A stretch of DNA of 51,901 bases, the filler included, from Catajapyx aquilonaris (taxonomy: Eukaryota): assembly GCA_000934665.2 (NCBI GenBank). It is 2 parts of 2 records of this genome, joined end to end, with 100 filler letters (N's around TTAATTAATTAA, not from the genome) between each part and the next. Parts side by side here need not be neighbours in the genome. Positions count along the whole stretch, not along the records: positions 26,002 to 51,901 come from JYFJ02005290.1; 1 more part is not named here. One strand, 5' to 3'. The position numbers were made by a program, and so were the translations under genes. This document shows positions 38,701 through 51,020 of the stretch, piece by piece; within the stretch, counting starts at the first letter, position 1, and each line of letters begins with the position of its first letter. The notes under the pieces were generated by a model. The model worked only from the letters and a program-made list of their open reading frames with translations, was not told the origin of the DNA and ran no database searches.

Positions 38701-41700
38701 CACCGAACACTAGAGACGACCTGTCCGATGGAGACCCCGCTGGCCACTGACCTCCGCCCAGAGTCAGCAACCCGCCTCTCTGGTTTGGAAGAAGATGCCC
38801 TCAGGCTGGTTTGAGGGCCACCTCCATAAGATGCGCGCGCATCGTCAGCAAAAATGGGTATCAAAAATTGGCACAAATTTTTTGACTATTGAACCTGCAT
38901 AGTTTTGTCCAATCCGGTTTTGAGACCTGTTTTTGTAGTTAAAATCACTGTTGATTAATGAGCTATTCCAGTTGATAACTCTGTTAGTGATTTGTAGCTG
39001 CTTTTTTTGTTTCTCACAGATTTATTATGGCAGTCAACAATGGTGGGACAGTCCAACAATGATGACTGAGCTAGTCAACAATTGCTGACTGTTACTTCTG
39101 AAGAATTTTGGATTTGTCAACATTGTAAACAAAGTGTCGCCTCCACATGGTATCAGCTGTGAGACAAACAAACAAGGTCAATCTCAAGTGCTAGATGAGT
39201 CAGCCTGTTTACAAGCAATCGCGATGCGTGTCAAATATTAATGGGCAGGGTTCACAGCTTTCTTCATTTGTTATCATTAGCCTTCACTTATTCATCAGTC
39301 ACCACATGAGTGACACACCCGATCAAAGCGAATCGAGATTCAATCGAACGTTTCATGCTACCTTAACCTATGATCTGTGAGGAACTGTGAGGTCATTAAT
39401 TTCTCCTTGATCCTGGAATGATTGTTGAGAATAGTGTCTGAACAGGAAATTGAGGTCACCAATTGACCACTTCCTCCCACTTATATTGACCTTGCAAGGC
39501 CGTAAACATCCTAAAAATCACTTCCTGGGTGACTCACAGTCTGTGAGGAATTCACTTGTTTACCTTTAACCTTTCATATATTCATCTAATGGTGGTAAAT
39601 CATCTTTCCTGAGGTGAAAACCTTGCTAACAATTGGATTGTTTTCTACAATGAAACTATTACTATCCTAGTGTCCTTGTAAAGCTTGATAGGATTTCAAT
39701 CATTTCCGTTGGCTAGTTTTTGTTGTGGTTGACGCAGGTCGTTGCTTATACACTACAAGGTAAAAGTTTTTTTCTTCCTGCCCATCAACAGGAAACCTGG
39801 TGGGTTTTTGGGTGCTTCGGGCTCATCGGAATTTATGGCCTGAGGGGCCTTTGCACCAGTGATTCGCTGAATTTTGTGCCCATATCCTGATCCTGATCAC
39901 CACATTTCTAATCATGATAGCCACATTTATAATCATGATCGCCACATTTCTAATCATGATCAGCACATTTCTAATCATGATCATCACATTTCTAATCATG
40001 ATCCTCACATATCTAATCGTGATCGCCACATTTCTAATCATGATCCTCACATTTCTAATCATGATCGCCACATTTAGAATCATGATCGCCACATTCAAAT
40101 TTAATTATTAATCTTGATCACGATTCGGGCACTGACCCGATGATTATCCACATTGGGCTTGTCCATACCGGATGTCACACAATCTCTAATGGAGTTATAC
40201 CCTTTTGTTTCAACCAGACGGGCCACGTGTTCATTCCAGAAATGGCGATAAAACCCGGTTCATTATTCCTCCTTTCCGTCATACCCAGGTCATAGGTCAG
40301 CAGGGGGGCGGTAGAGTAGTTGACCCTTCAACCTTCGCCAAAATGGCCGTCATTTGTAGTTGCAATTCCAGCCTGTTTTACAACCCACTTGTGACTTTAA
40401 GACTGGTTTAAACCTTTTAAATTTTTTATAAATAAAAAATGGCTACCCCCTGCGCGCGCATGCTTAGAATCGGTAATGGCCATGGTACAAAGAATGTGAT
40501 ACTCTTGGGCCATTTCGTATTTGTTGGGCCTGTCAACATGCTGAATGCAGTGAGTAAGGTTGGGGACACTGATGGGGGAGGAGCTTCAGGTTGTTCGTGA
40601 CCAATTAGTATGCAAGGCGAAACAGGGTTCACTAGCCCGTAGCAGGGATATTCTGGGGACTGACATGCATGGTACACCCGGTGGATAGCCTACTAATATA
40701 TTAGTAGTGCCTATTTAAGCTATTAGTAGTAGCTACTAATATTTTACTGTTAAATTCGATTAAGGTTAAAAAGAATGTGTGATCGGGACCATATGATCCC
40801 TCATAAAAATTGGCAACCTTGCTAAGGGTCATCCCACTTGTCAGCCCAGGTAGTGAGACGGGTTAGTTCACCACGATTAACATAAAGTTCATCCAGTCCG
40901 CCACCTCATCAGTGGCCATGGCCACGAATGAATGGCCATCTTTTATTACTCAAAATCACCTGCTACTCAAAGGTAGACATTACTGATCATTGGTGAATTA
41001 TAATAACGGTTATAAATATTTCGATCTGGGGTGGGGGGGGGGGAGTCATCACCTGGAGAAATTTTGCGCAGCATTTTCGACCAAAAGTGCTTGCGCTTTC
41101 GTTGCATTTTTGCACACTTGGCAGTTGGCAAAACCTGTTTAATTACCTACCGGTCTTGGAGGTCCTGCTGGGCCTAGTAGGGCCTAGTAGTGACTGACCT
41201 CCACGTTATGCCCACTCCCCATACGTCCGACCTATTGACCAAAACGGATTTTTTGATATCGTGAGATTCCAACTGTAACAGCGATTTTTTTAAAAAATAA
41301 CGGTTATCACCTGACCTTTGGGGTCATTTGTGGGCCCTGGGAATTCTAGATGTCACGTTAAGACATAAGACAGACCTAAGCACGCCCTCAGGTACAGGGT
41401 GCGCCTTAAAACCCTCGTCAAGGAACTGCAGCAGCGATTTTTAAAATAATGGCTAGGTTATAACCGTGACCTGCAGGAATTTTGTGGCCATTTTTGGGCT
41501 CTGGGAATTCTAAATGTCAAGCTAAGACATAAGACAGGCCTAAGCACGCCCTCAGGTACAGGGTGCGCCTTAAAACCCTCGTGGAAGGAACTGTAACAGC
41601 GATTTTTAAAATAACGGATAGGTTGTAACCGTGACCTGCAGGGATCTTGTGGCCATTTTTGGGCTCTGGGAATTCTCGATATCAATCTAAGTCATAAGAC

Positions 41701-44700
41701 AGACCTAGGCACGCCCTCAGGTACAGGGTGCGCCTTAAAACCCTCGTGGAAGGAACTGCAGCAGCGATTTTTAAAATAACGGTTAGGTTATAACCGTGAC
41801 CTTCAGGAATCTTGTGGCCATTTTTGGGCTCTGGGAAATGTAAATGTCAAGCTAAGTCATAAGACAGACCTAGGTACGCCCTCAGGTACAGGGTGCGCCT
41901 TAAAACCCTCGTGGAAGGAATTGTAACAGTGACTTTAAAAATAACGGATAGGTAGTAACCATGACCTGCAGGAATCTTGTGGCCATTTTTGGGCTCTGGG
42001 AATTCTAAATGTCCAGCTAAGACATAAGACAGACCTAGGTACGCCCTCAGGTACACGTTGGGCTTTAAAACCGCCTGAATTTGTCTAGGTGGCGCCAAGT
42101 AACAGCGATTTAAAAAAATAACTGTTATTACATGAGACCTTTGCGGTCATTTGTGAGCCCTGGAAATTCTCGATGCCAAGTTAAGACATAAGCCAGACCT
42201 AGGCACGCCCTCAGGTACAGGGTACGCCTTAAAAACCATCTGAATCTGTCTGGGCGGTGCCAATTGTGCAAGGACAAAGCCTGTGTGGCTCACCCTGTAG
42301 GAAACCTAATCGAATCACGACATCGCAGTACGAATGCTCGAAATGCGAGCAATTCAATGCAACTTTTTTGTAAAGGTCCTGGGGGGTACGGGTACGGCGG
42401 GTGTTCACATTTATTTCAGCGAGCTTCGGGGCGTTGGCCTCATAAATAAGAGCACGTATTTCACCCCCTTCTTCGAACAGCAGAAGACCACTCAAGGGTA
42501 AGAACAGGTTACATGATATCAATCAGGTTTTTTGAGGCTCACAACAATGATGGATGCGACAATGCGACAGTAGCAGGTACATGTGATTTACTGTATCTCT
42601 ATCTTTTACTGATTGGTCTAACAGTAACAGTGATTATCAACTATGTTATACCCACGTGCATGCACACACGTAGTCGGATATGCATGACTCGCCAATGTTC
42701 CGCCATATTGGGAGCATTAATTAAGGTCCGGGTAGGGTCTAAAGCCAAATGGAAGCTTTTAGAGGACAATGGAAGGGGAATTTTGGGGGAAGGGTGGACA
42801 ACAATGGTAGGGACCATCTGGGCTAGCAGATGGGGCACGCGACCTATTGTAGAAAAGGGGGAATGTCTTTGGTCTGATCATATCGATTTTCAATATATGG
42901 GGATAACAATGGGAACTATCAACATTTGTGAACTTTGATAATATCGATATTTCGGGGTGAAGTACGACAGACGAAACTGTCTACTTTGTTTAAATCCATA
43001 TCAAAATATCGAAATACGTCGATATAACACCATTCTCAAATCTATATATACAATAATATATCGAAATATACAGTATTATATCGAAATATAACGATACAAT
43101 AATATATCGAAATATATCTATACAATAATATATCGAAATATACAGTATTATATCGAAATATAACGATACAATAATATATCGAAATATATCTATACAATAA
43201 TATATCGAAATATACAGTATTATATCGAAATATAACGATACAATAATATATCGAAATATATCTATACAATAATATATCGAAATATATCTATACAATAATA
43301 TATCGATATATATCTATACAATAATATATCGAAATATATCGGTACAATAATATATCGAAATATATCGATACAATCATATACCGAAACATACGGTATCGGA
43401 AAAAATTAACCAAAAAATTTCGAAACATATCGATATAAAACAACAAAATATATCCATACAATTATATACGGTACCGAAATATATCGATATAAAACAACAA
43501 AATATATCCATACAATTATATACGGTACCGAAATATATCGGCATAAAAACATACGGAAATATATCGGTAAAATAACATACCAAAATATATCGATACGTAA
43601 GAGTATTTCAAAACATTTCGATATCAAATATGCCATATATAGATATAAAATACCGACGCATCGATACAATATATCGATACATCGACATAATATACCGAAA
43701 CATTTCGATAAAATAATAGTGAGGAAGTATCGATAAAATAATAGACCAACATGCATATCAATATGATAACATTTCTATGCATATCGATATGAAATACCGA
43801 AACATCAACATAATAATTATTAATACCGAAACTTATCGATAAAATAATAGACCAAAATACATACGGTATCATATTTTAATTTAATATTTCGAAACGTTTC
43901 AATACCAAATATGCCGAAAGATATAGATATAAAATACCGAAACATATCGATATAGAATATGCCGAAATATAGCCTACAGATATAAAATACCGAAACATCG
44001 ATAGATTATACCGAAACATATCGATATGAAGATCTATCGACATATCCAGCCCCGTGACAAGCATGGGATATTCGGAATGACTTGAGTGCAAGTAGAGCCA
44101 GTTCCACCCACGGAACCAGGTTCTTGAAGGTGTACAGGGTGGGGCAGGTCAAGGGTCACGGCTTCTGATGTCAAGCATGCGGTTAATTCTTATTACAACC
44201 AAGATGGACCCGGAATTTAGGGCGACATGTGACCAAGGGCTAATTCATTGATTTATATGGAGATAACGCATGTTACTAACTCTTAGATATATGTAAGAAA
44301 TGCGCGAGACCACGCTGGTTTTACGAACTGGATTGGCGAGTTTGTTACGTCGGTCCTTGCGCAACGTTGTTTCGCCATACCGGCACCCTCAGATCTATCC
44401 TGCCGAGTTGACCCTTGACCCCGAGCAGAAGCCTATTTCTGCGTATTTCATCCGACCAATTGTGACCACTTGAGTGTATCCTTGATGTCAGTTGGTCCAG
44501 ATGGGACACGGATTTGCGGTGTAAAGTGTCGTAATTCTAAGTCGTACTGACCCTGAGGTCACCTCAAGGTCGTGGTAGTGGTACACAGGTTGCGCAGCCA
44601 ATACATGCGACCTAGCCTCGCTCTAGGCCGTCTGATACACCGCCTAGCCTCCCCCTGGTCCACCACAAGACTTGTCAGCGCCATCTAGTGGCAGCCGTTA

Positions 44701-47700
44701 CAAAACTTTCTAATTAAAAAACTAAAACAGATTCATCACTCTTTATTAGCACATGACGGACGATCTATTAGGGCTTAATTAGGGCGTGAAATGTATTTAT
44801 TATTATAAAATATATAATAAAAATTTGGAGCCAAAATGGCGACTTCCAATTTCCTGTCCCGTTAGCTGTGTCCACATTCGTTTGGTGGGATATGTCGCAT
44901 ACATAGTCTCGCTCTGGGCTGCTTATACAAATCCTAGCCTCCTTCCAGGTCCACCACAAAACTTTCCAGCGCCATCTACAGTTGCGGACATCGCAAAACT
45001 GTCGTAAAAGCACGAAATAGTTTAGTAAGCTGTTACTGCTTACAAAAATAGCCATTAAAGCTGCTACTTACTGATGCAACCTTTAATAAAATATATTACA
45101 TGATAATGTAACTGTTATTTAAATAGCTTATGCTGTAATAGCTATGTAACGGTTGGCCCATAAAATCTGAACTGGTGTTTTTTCGGGGTCCGGACCTTTC
45201 GCCCCCGGCATATTGGCCCCCGTGACGAAATTGTCACGGGGGCCAATATTCCGGGGACGAAAAGTCCGGGACCCGTTTCTTTCCTATTTAATAGTAAAAT
45301 ATTTCACACGATTAAAATGTGACTGTTATAAAGAGCTTAAGCGCTGTAAGTTATTTGGCCCATAAAATCAGCCATGTATTTATTATTATTTTTAAATATT
45401 TAATAAAAAAAATTGGAACCAAAATGGCGACTGCCAACTTCCTGGCCCGTTAGTCGTGCTACATCATTTTTGTGGAGCATAGCCTCGCTCTAGGCTGCCT
45501 GATACAACTTCTAGCCTCCACCAGGTCCACCACAAGATTGGCCAGCGCCATCTAGTGGCTTACATTACAAAAACAGTCTCGTAAACCACCAAAAACAGCT
45601 TAGTCACTCTTTATTAGGACATGGCAAGGTCTTCGTACCCTAGGTCGGGTATCTACCGGTACCCGGTACCGCCTCCTAGAAATGGCAAGTGTCCGAACAG
45701 GGGCGGTAATTTCCAGGCATGCTTATGAGAAAACGTGTCCTGGAAGAGAGAGAGAGAAAAAAAAGGGCGTGGAATTCCACGCCGGACTTTTCACGTGTCC
45801 GGGCGTGGCAAGGTGAGAAGTAGCAGCTAAACCTGTTAACGAGAGGAGATAATAATCGAGGAGGGAAGTGGAAGAAATCTCAAACTCATGAATGGTGTCA
45901 GCTGCGAATCTCCCTACCTGGAGTGACTTGAAGAAAATATATTTTTTGAAGAGTGAAGGGAATGTACCTGTCCCGTTAACGGCGTTCACATTGCGCAGGA
46001 CATGCCTCTAGGTAGGTTTATAATTGAAAAAAAAGGTACCAACAATGTCGATTTCATATATCTCAAATTAAAGTAAGTTAAAATTCTCCCTAGGTCACTT
46101 GCCTGACTCCCAAAGATCGTGGTCGTAGTCCCTAATTGCCTCCAACATGTTTATCAGAACTAGCCTCGTCTAAGGCCTTCATACGACTCGCTACAAAGCA
46201 GGTAGCCTCCACCCAGGCCCACCTCCATACACCCAACTCCATCTGTTACGAAGACTTCCAACTAGCCTAGTCATTGAGTGTCACAAAATATTTTAAATAA
46301 TATTTCGAAAAATGTACATATATAATTTAAACCATATTTAAATGTTTCAAATAAGATAATCATGTAATAAATATTTTCAATAAAATAAATGCACAATAAA
46401 TATTTTAAATAAAATAAATGCACAATAAATATTTTAAATAAAATAAATGCACAATAAATATTTTAAATACAATAAACGCACAATAAAGATTTTACATAAA
46501 ATAAACGCATAATTAATTTTTTGAATGAATGGTAAATAAATAAATACTCGTAAATACGTACATAACAAGATCAGAGAAAATGTTGCATTTATTTAATGAA
46601 TAAAATATTTAATACAAATGAAAATAAATACGTATGTTTATTTTATTGAGCATTTTCTTTTCTTTTAGTATACTAAAATAAACAAGAAAATTAAATAAAA
46701 TTATTAATAAAATAAACAAGAAAATAAAATAAAATTATTAATAAAATAAACAAGAAAATAAAATAAAATAATTAATAAAATAAACAAGAAAATAAAATAA
46801 AATGATTAATAAAATAAAATGATTAATAAAATAAACAAGAAAATAAAATAAAATGCTTATTAGAAGTAAATACGAAATAAAATAAATCTGTATTAATAAC
46901 AATAAATAAATGGCTATTAGCAATAAGATAAATAGCTATTTAATTAAAATAAAATAACAGACTTTAACAAAAATAAAGATAAAACTTATTACAATAAAAT
47001 AAAATGCTTAATAGGAATAATAAATACTAAATAAATATAAAATAACTATTTGATAAAATTAAAACACATGTAATAAAAATTTTCATAAAAGTTTTATAAA
47101 AAATGTCACGATTTCATCAAATAGTTAATAAACATTAGGTGCGAAAATGGCGACTGATAGACGTGACATTCCTGCCAATTTTCTGTCCCGTTAACCGTGT
47201 CCATATCATTTTCGTGGGACATGCCTGGGGAAAAAAATTTGGCAACAAAATGTGCAGAAATGGCGCCCCAAAATGGCCGGGTTGGATGGGAGGGCCCGAA
47301 GCATCATTCCTGCCATTCTCGACCACCATCATTAAAACCACTCTTGTCCAACACGTGACGTTTACTGCCTACTTAGTCCAATAGACAAAACTTTGAGGCT
47401 GGTCCCAAAAGACTCGCCAACGACCACCCTAGAATTCATAATTTATTTTTTTTCTCTTTTAAAAAAATCCGTTTTAAAATTTGGCCAATTATTTCCCTTA
47501 GAGTCTAATTGGATTTATTCGCGTGCCAAAATGGCTGACAGCTCCCACCCCCCAAAAGTTTAGGGTAATGGCCGCCCTCAGGTGCGTTACCGCAGATATC
47601 TAGGGATCATTTTGGCAAACCGGACAGGTTTTTTCGGTTGAGGTCAAGTTTCCCATGCATTTTTAATGGACAACAAGAGAATACTGACCTCCCCAAAAAT

Positions 47701-50184
47701 TTCGACCCCCTTTTTTTGTGGGAATGTTGTAAAAATCTGATCCCGGATCTCGTCTGCCATTGTTCCATTCAAGTAATTGCTGATTGGTTCATTCAATCAT
47801 TTCTGACTGGTTTCCCTAATAACTAGGTTAAATAAATATGCCCTAAAAATAAATAAATTCCCCATTGGTGGCCCTTATAACAGGGTCAAATTTATATAAA
47901 TAAAGCCGTTTGTGAGTCTGTCTGTCTGTCTGTCCGCCTGACAACCGTCATTTGCCTGCCATCTGTGCTCCACCCCCAGGCCGGGAGAGGATGGAGGTGT
48001 TGGGGGTTGACTACAGATGGCAGGACAATGGCTGCCATTATACAGGCGGGAGAGGTTGAAGGTGTTGGAGTAGGAGGACCACAGATGGCATTGGTGGGCG
48101 GACACACAGAATGACAGACAGTTGACGGGGCTACTGGCAGGTGTTTTCCCTTCATTCGTTTCTTCCCGGGCAACGCCGCGCCGGGTGCCGCAGCTAGTAA
48201 ATAAATAAATAGAAACAAATAGAAGTAACTTCCCTATTGGTAGCCCTTATAACGGCTTAAATAAGTTTATTCATTAAATAACTCCCCATTGGTGGCCCTT
48301 ATATCGGCTTAAATAAGTCTATAATATACTTATTTAAGCCGATATCAGGGCTATACCAATAGGGAATTTATTTCTATTTATTTATTTATTTTACCCAGTT
48401 ATAAGGACCACCAATGAGAAATTAATTAATTAATATACTGTATATTAATTAATTAATTCCTCATTGGTGGCCCTTATAACTGGTGAAATAAGTATATTAA
48501 TTAATTAATTCCCCATTGGTGGCCCTAATGACGGGCTTAAATAAATAAATAAAGCTTATTTAAAAGACAAAGTTTGTCGGTATGTCCCATTTCCTTTCAC
48601 CTCTACCACTCCTGTACCTCTACCACCCTATGTTGCCATAGCAACAGGGTTACCATTGCAACTTCTAATTTTTCTGTGTATTAATTCTTCAATTAACGGG
48701 GGAAGAACGGATATCCTTCTAGTACAGCATATAAAATTAGATGTAGTATGTGACTCTGTCCGGGGTGAGTCATCAGCGATAGTGCGCCATATATGTGAGG
48801 AATATGGTACTAAGTTAAGTTTTGCCCAGTTTTGGGCAATTGGTTAACTAGTAATAAGTACCGAAGCAGGTTGGTGTAGAGGATAAAGAGTCCGCCTGCA
48901 AATCGGGAGGTCCTGGGTTCGAATCCCGGGGCCGGTGGGTTTTCCATGGTCCCTCCCAGGACAATTCCGGGATCGTTTCCGTAAAAATAGGCCTTCCCTA
49001 TATCCCTGGTCCCATCCAATGGTGGTAATCCACCCCCCTAAGGGAGCCAAAGGCTCTAGCGCAACTAGGAAATAAATAAATAAATGGGTATACTCAATAT
49101 TCTCATTGTAATCCTGACACTTAGGCTATTAATTTAGATTACTGTATTTTATTGTTGCCCCAGCTTCGTGATGGGCTAATTAAGCCAACCAATTATTGTG
49201 GCTTATGCAATTGTTGAGAAGGTTCTTAAGAAGCGAAAGCGAGGAAACGGTGTCAGTCAGTCAGAAGGACGTAAGTCGAGTGTGGNCCCCCCCCTTCTCT
49301 AAGTTGGCCTATTAACAATTTCATGCTATATTGCTCCCTCTGTCCAATTACCGATAATAACTATCCAAACAAATAGTGCACAAAAAATGGACCACCTTGC
49401 AATATTTTTCTTGGGGTTGACTTTATCTAGTTAATTGCGATCACTTTGGTTGCACATTAGCAGGAATCCATCATGAGTTCAAGGGTAGTTTGGTACCCGA
49501 GGTTTTTGCAAATAATTTACGCCTTGAGTGCTCATAGGGTGTAATTACCGTCTGGTAGTACAGATTTCAAGATCGGCGATATGGATGGCAGCAAGGTCGA
49601 TGAATTATGGCCTGCTCCGTTTCGTATCCAATTGGTAAGTGGCCACACAAGTAGGAGAGAAGAAGAAGAAGAAAAAAAAACAGCACCTACCGTTGTGGGC
49701 TTTAACCTCCTGGTGATTGACCTCCGGGTCAGAGGTCAGGTCGCAAGAGGGTTGGATCGACTCCTGGGTTGCCTCGGTGTCACATGCATTGTCGACACTG
49801 GGGTTGTCAGGGACGGAACACGGTTCTTCGGGACATGTGGTAGTCGGAGCACCGTCGCTGCTTCCGTCAGTGGCCACACCGGAATCGGAATCGGACTTGG
49901 CTTCCGGCAGGTCCAGGTCAACCCCCATGACCTCGTCGTCCTCCGGGTCCTCCTCTTCCTCCGGATTAACACCTTCTTCCTCTGGTTCCTCTGGTTCCTC
50001 CAAATGTTCCTCCGGTTCCTCCAAATGTTCCTCCGGTTCTGTTTCTGCAACTCTTCCTGGTTGAAGCTCCTCCGTCGACTGCACCTCCAGGTCCTGGCCC
50101 ACCTTTCCAACATGGTGGGGTTGGTCAGCTTCCCGCTCCGTGGCAGCACTTTCTCTACTCAAGGACTGCACGTCTGGTGGCCGG
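26796..50184 (-). CDS. Putative multi-exon gene, acidic/low-complexity protein of unknown identity (partial)
   Basis: Phase-compatible GT-AG exons at 50184-49691 (Glu/Pro/Asp-rich), 38779-38651, 30711-30595, 27107-26978 (ECPGQGQKVSS repeats) and 26896-26796 (basic KRLAKKKK). No recognisable domain. Confidence 0.45.
29321..29590 (-). mobile_element. Non-autonomous Helitron-like element
   Basis: Minus strand ends ...GGGAAGAACGGGTCCACTG-CTAG-T, a similar 3' end to the 48560-48722 element. Confidence 0.5.
29594..29804. mobile_element. Tc1/mariner-type palindromic MITE
   Basis: TA-CAGGGTGTCTCAACTT...AAGTTGAGACACCCTG-TA, with about 80-bp arms. Confidence 0.85.
30813..31200 (+). repeat. 40-bp minisatellite, ~9.5 copies
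   Basis: Unit CACACGACTTGTTAAAGCAGGTAGCCTCCACCCGGGCCAC starts at 30853, 30893, 30933, 30973 and onward. Confidence 0.92.
31960..32502 (-). mobile_element. tRNA-derived SINE (family B) interrupted by a hAT MITE
   Basis: Minus-strand head GGTGGACTGGTGGTTAGAGCG..GGTTCGAATCC; the body CCTTCCCTCGGAGCGGAAGTAAAGCCGTC continues on the far side of the insertion. Confidence 0.7.
32085..32362. mobile_element. hAT-type MITE
   Basis: TIR TAGGGCTGTGCGATAT; 8-bp TSD CAGACGGC/CCGACGGC; ATCGA-rich interior. Confidence 0.88.
32627..33241 (+). mobile_element. tRNA-derived SINE (family C) with 13-bp TSD, interrupted by a hAT MITE
   Basis: A/B boxes (TTGGTGTAGGGG, GTTTCGAATCC), (AAAT)n tail and TSD AAGTGTAAACAAA at 32614-32626 and 33242-33254. 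Uninterrupted copy at 48.86 kb. Confidence 0.85.
32856..33182. mobile_element. hAT-type MITE (same family as 32085-32362, opposite orientation)
   Basis: TIR TAGGGCTGTGCGATAT; perfect 8-bp TSD CCAAAGGC. Confidence 0.9.
33375..33460. mobile_element. Partial copy of the palindromic MITE seen at 13453-13617
   Basis: AGTAAGGGTGAAAGTCG..TGCACTAATCCC / GGATCAGTGCA..CGACTTTCACCCTTACT. Confidence 0.7.
34010..34800 (+). repeat. Degenerate ~120-150-bp tandem repeat with paired CAAAATGGCG motifs
   Basis: About 11 copies of a CAAAATGGCG-like motif, mostly in doublets separated by AT-rich spacers. Confidence 0.75.
36350..36980 (+). repeat. GGTCCTAA-core minisatellite (57-bp higher-order unit)
   Basis: TTGGTCCTAAATATGGCTGACCGTTAACGGCCGATTGGTCCTAACC(G/A)CGGCCGTCT repeated. 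Confidence 0.9.
38050..38412 (+). repeat. GGTCCTAA-core minisatellite (70-bp higher-order unit), second block
   Basis: CTTTTGGTCCTAAATATGG(C/T)TG subunits with alternating variants. Confidence 0.9.
39880..40097 (+). repeat. 21-bp minisatellite, ~10 copies
   Basis: Unit approximately CACATTTCTAATCATGATCGC. Confidence 0.92.
41270..42260 (+). repeat. 165-bp tandem satellite, ~6 copies
   Basis: (C/T)ACGCCCTCAGGTACA recurs at 41381, 41545, 41710, 41875, 42040 and 42204. Confidence 0.92.
42940..44056. repeat. ATATCGA-rich degenerate repeat with a 72-bp tandem sub-block; possibly an expanded hAT-MITE interior
   Basis: 72-bp unit at about 43050-43300; ATCGA-rich like the 32-33 kb MITEs; ends ...ATATCCAGCCCCG. 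Confidence 0.75.
44600..45625 (+). repeat. Three diverged local copies of a dispersed repeat carrying AAAATGGCGAC and CAGCGCCATCTA(GTGGC)
   Basis: CTAGCCTCC..GGTCCACCACAA..CAGCGCCATCTA at about 44640-44692, 44930-44980 and 45510-45559. Confidence 0.75.
45184..45275. mobile_element. Small near-perfect hairpin element
   Basis: CGGGGTCCGGAC..ATATTGGCCCCCGTGAC / GTCACGGGGGCCAATAT..GTCCGGGACCCG. Confidence 0.7.
46285..47135. repeat. AT-rich low-complexity region with short A-rich tandem units
   Basis: TAAAATAAATGCACAATAAATATTT and AATAAAATAAACAAGAAAAT repeats. Confidence 0.85.
47780..48550. repeat. CCCCATTGGTGGCCCTTATA repeats in both orientations
   Basis: Direct copies near 47860, 48230, 48283, 48460 and 48510; inverted copies near 48350 and 48400. 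Confidence 0.7.
47891..48197 (+). mobile_element. Non-autonomous Helitron-like element
   Basis: 5' T-TATATAAATAAA followed by (GTCT)n; 3' GC-rich hairpin CCCGGGCAACGCC..CCGGG followed by CTAG-T. Confidence 0.7.
48560..48722 (+). mobile_element. Helitron-like element carrying two X-box-like palindromes
   Basis: 3' end GGGAAGAACGGATATCCTT-CTAG-T resembles the 29321 element. Confidence 0.5.
48860..49085 (+). mobile_element. tRNA-derived SINE (family C), uninterrupted copy
   Basis: TTGGTGTAGAGG..GGTTCGAATCCC head, body matching 32627-33241, (AAAT)n tail. Confidence 0.85.
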
Positions 50185-50339
50185 CTGGAAGGTGAAGAAA
50201 ACGAAAGGTGTTACGACCATAACGGGGGGTACGTAGTTAAGTACCCGGAGGGTCAGAGTTAACGGGGGTACATCGGACCTTTTCAGGAGGGAAAATTATC
50301 CGGGTGTTAATTTTTAAAAGTTATCACATCGGAGTGGGT

Positions 50340-51020
50340 CAGAGGAAATTATTATTTTTTGAGTAGCTAATACGGGGATATTTATTTGAGTAGTTCACAA
50401 ATGAATATGTTTGAGTATCGCAGAAAGGGATTTTTGAGCATCGCAAATAATTATGACTTTTTGAGTAATATCGCTGAAAGGAAACTTTTTGAGTATCGCA
50501 ACTTGGATGAATATTGTGAGTATCACATAATTGAATTTTTCGAATATCGCAGGAAAAAATATTGAGTACCGGTGTCTCAGAAAGAAACATTTTTGAGTAT
50601 CAGTATCGCAGAATAAATAATTTTTTGAGTATCGCAAAGTGGGATATTTTTGAGTATCGCAAAGTGGAATTTTTGAGTATCGCAAAGTGGAATATTTTTG
50701 AGTATCGCAAAGTGGAATTTTTTGAGTATCGCAAAGTGGAATCTTTTGAGTATCGCAAAGTGGAATTTTTTGAGTATCGCAAAGTGGAATTTTTTGAGTA
50801 TCGCAAAGAGGAATATTGTGAGTATCGCAGACTGATTTAAAAAAATACTATAGCAGGACTTTTTTTTTAGTGCCGGTATCGCAGAAAGGAATTTTTGAGC
50901 ATCGCAGAAAGGAACATTTTTGAGTACCGTAGGCCTATCGCTATAAGAGGAATATTTATGAGTATCGCAGAATAGAATGTTTTGAGTATCTCAGAAAATT
51001 ATTGGACACGTGACGTTTGC
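50340..51020 (+). repeat. TTTTTGAGTATCGCAAAGTGGAA minisatellite (23-25-bp unit)
   Basis: Homogeneous core at 50620-50830 with degenerate flanks; ends at CACGTGACGTTT. Confidence 0.9.

Noticed and set aside
42990..44091. Tyr/Ile-rich ORFs (also 32061-33259, 39823-40111, 46738-46923, 50339-50840)
   Set aside because: They are translations of tandem or low-complexity repeats and MITE interiors.
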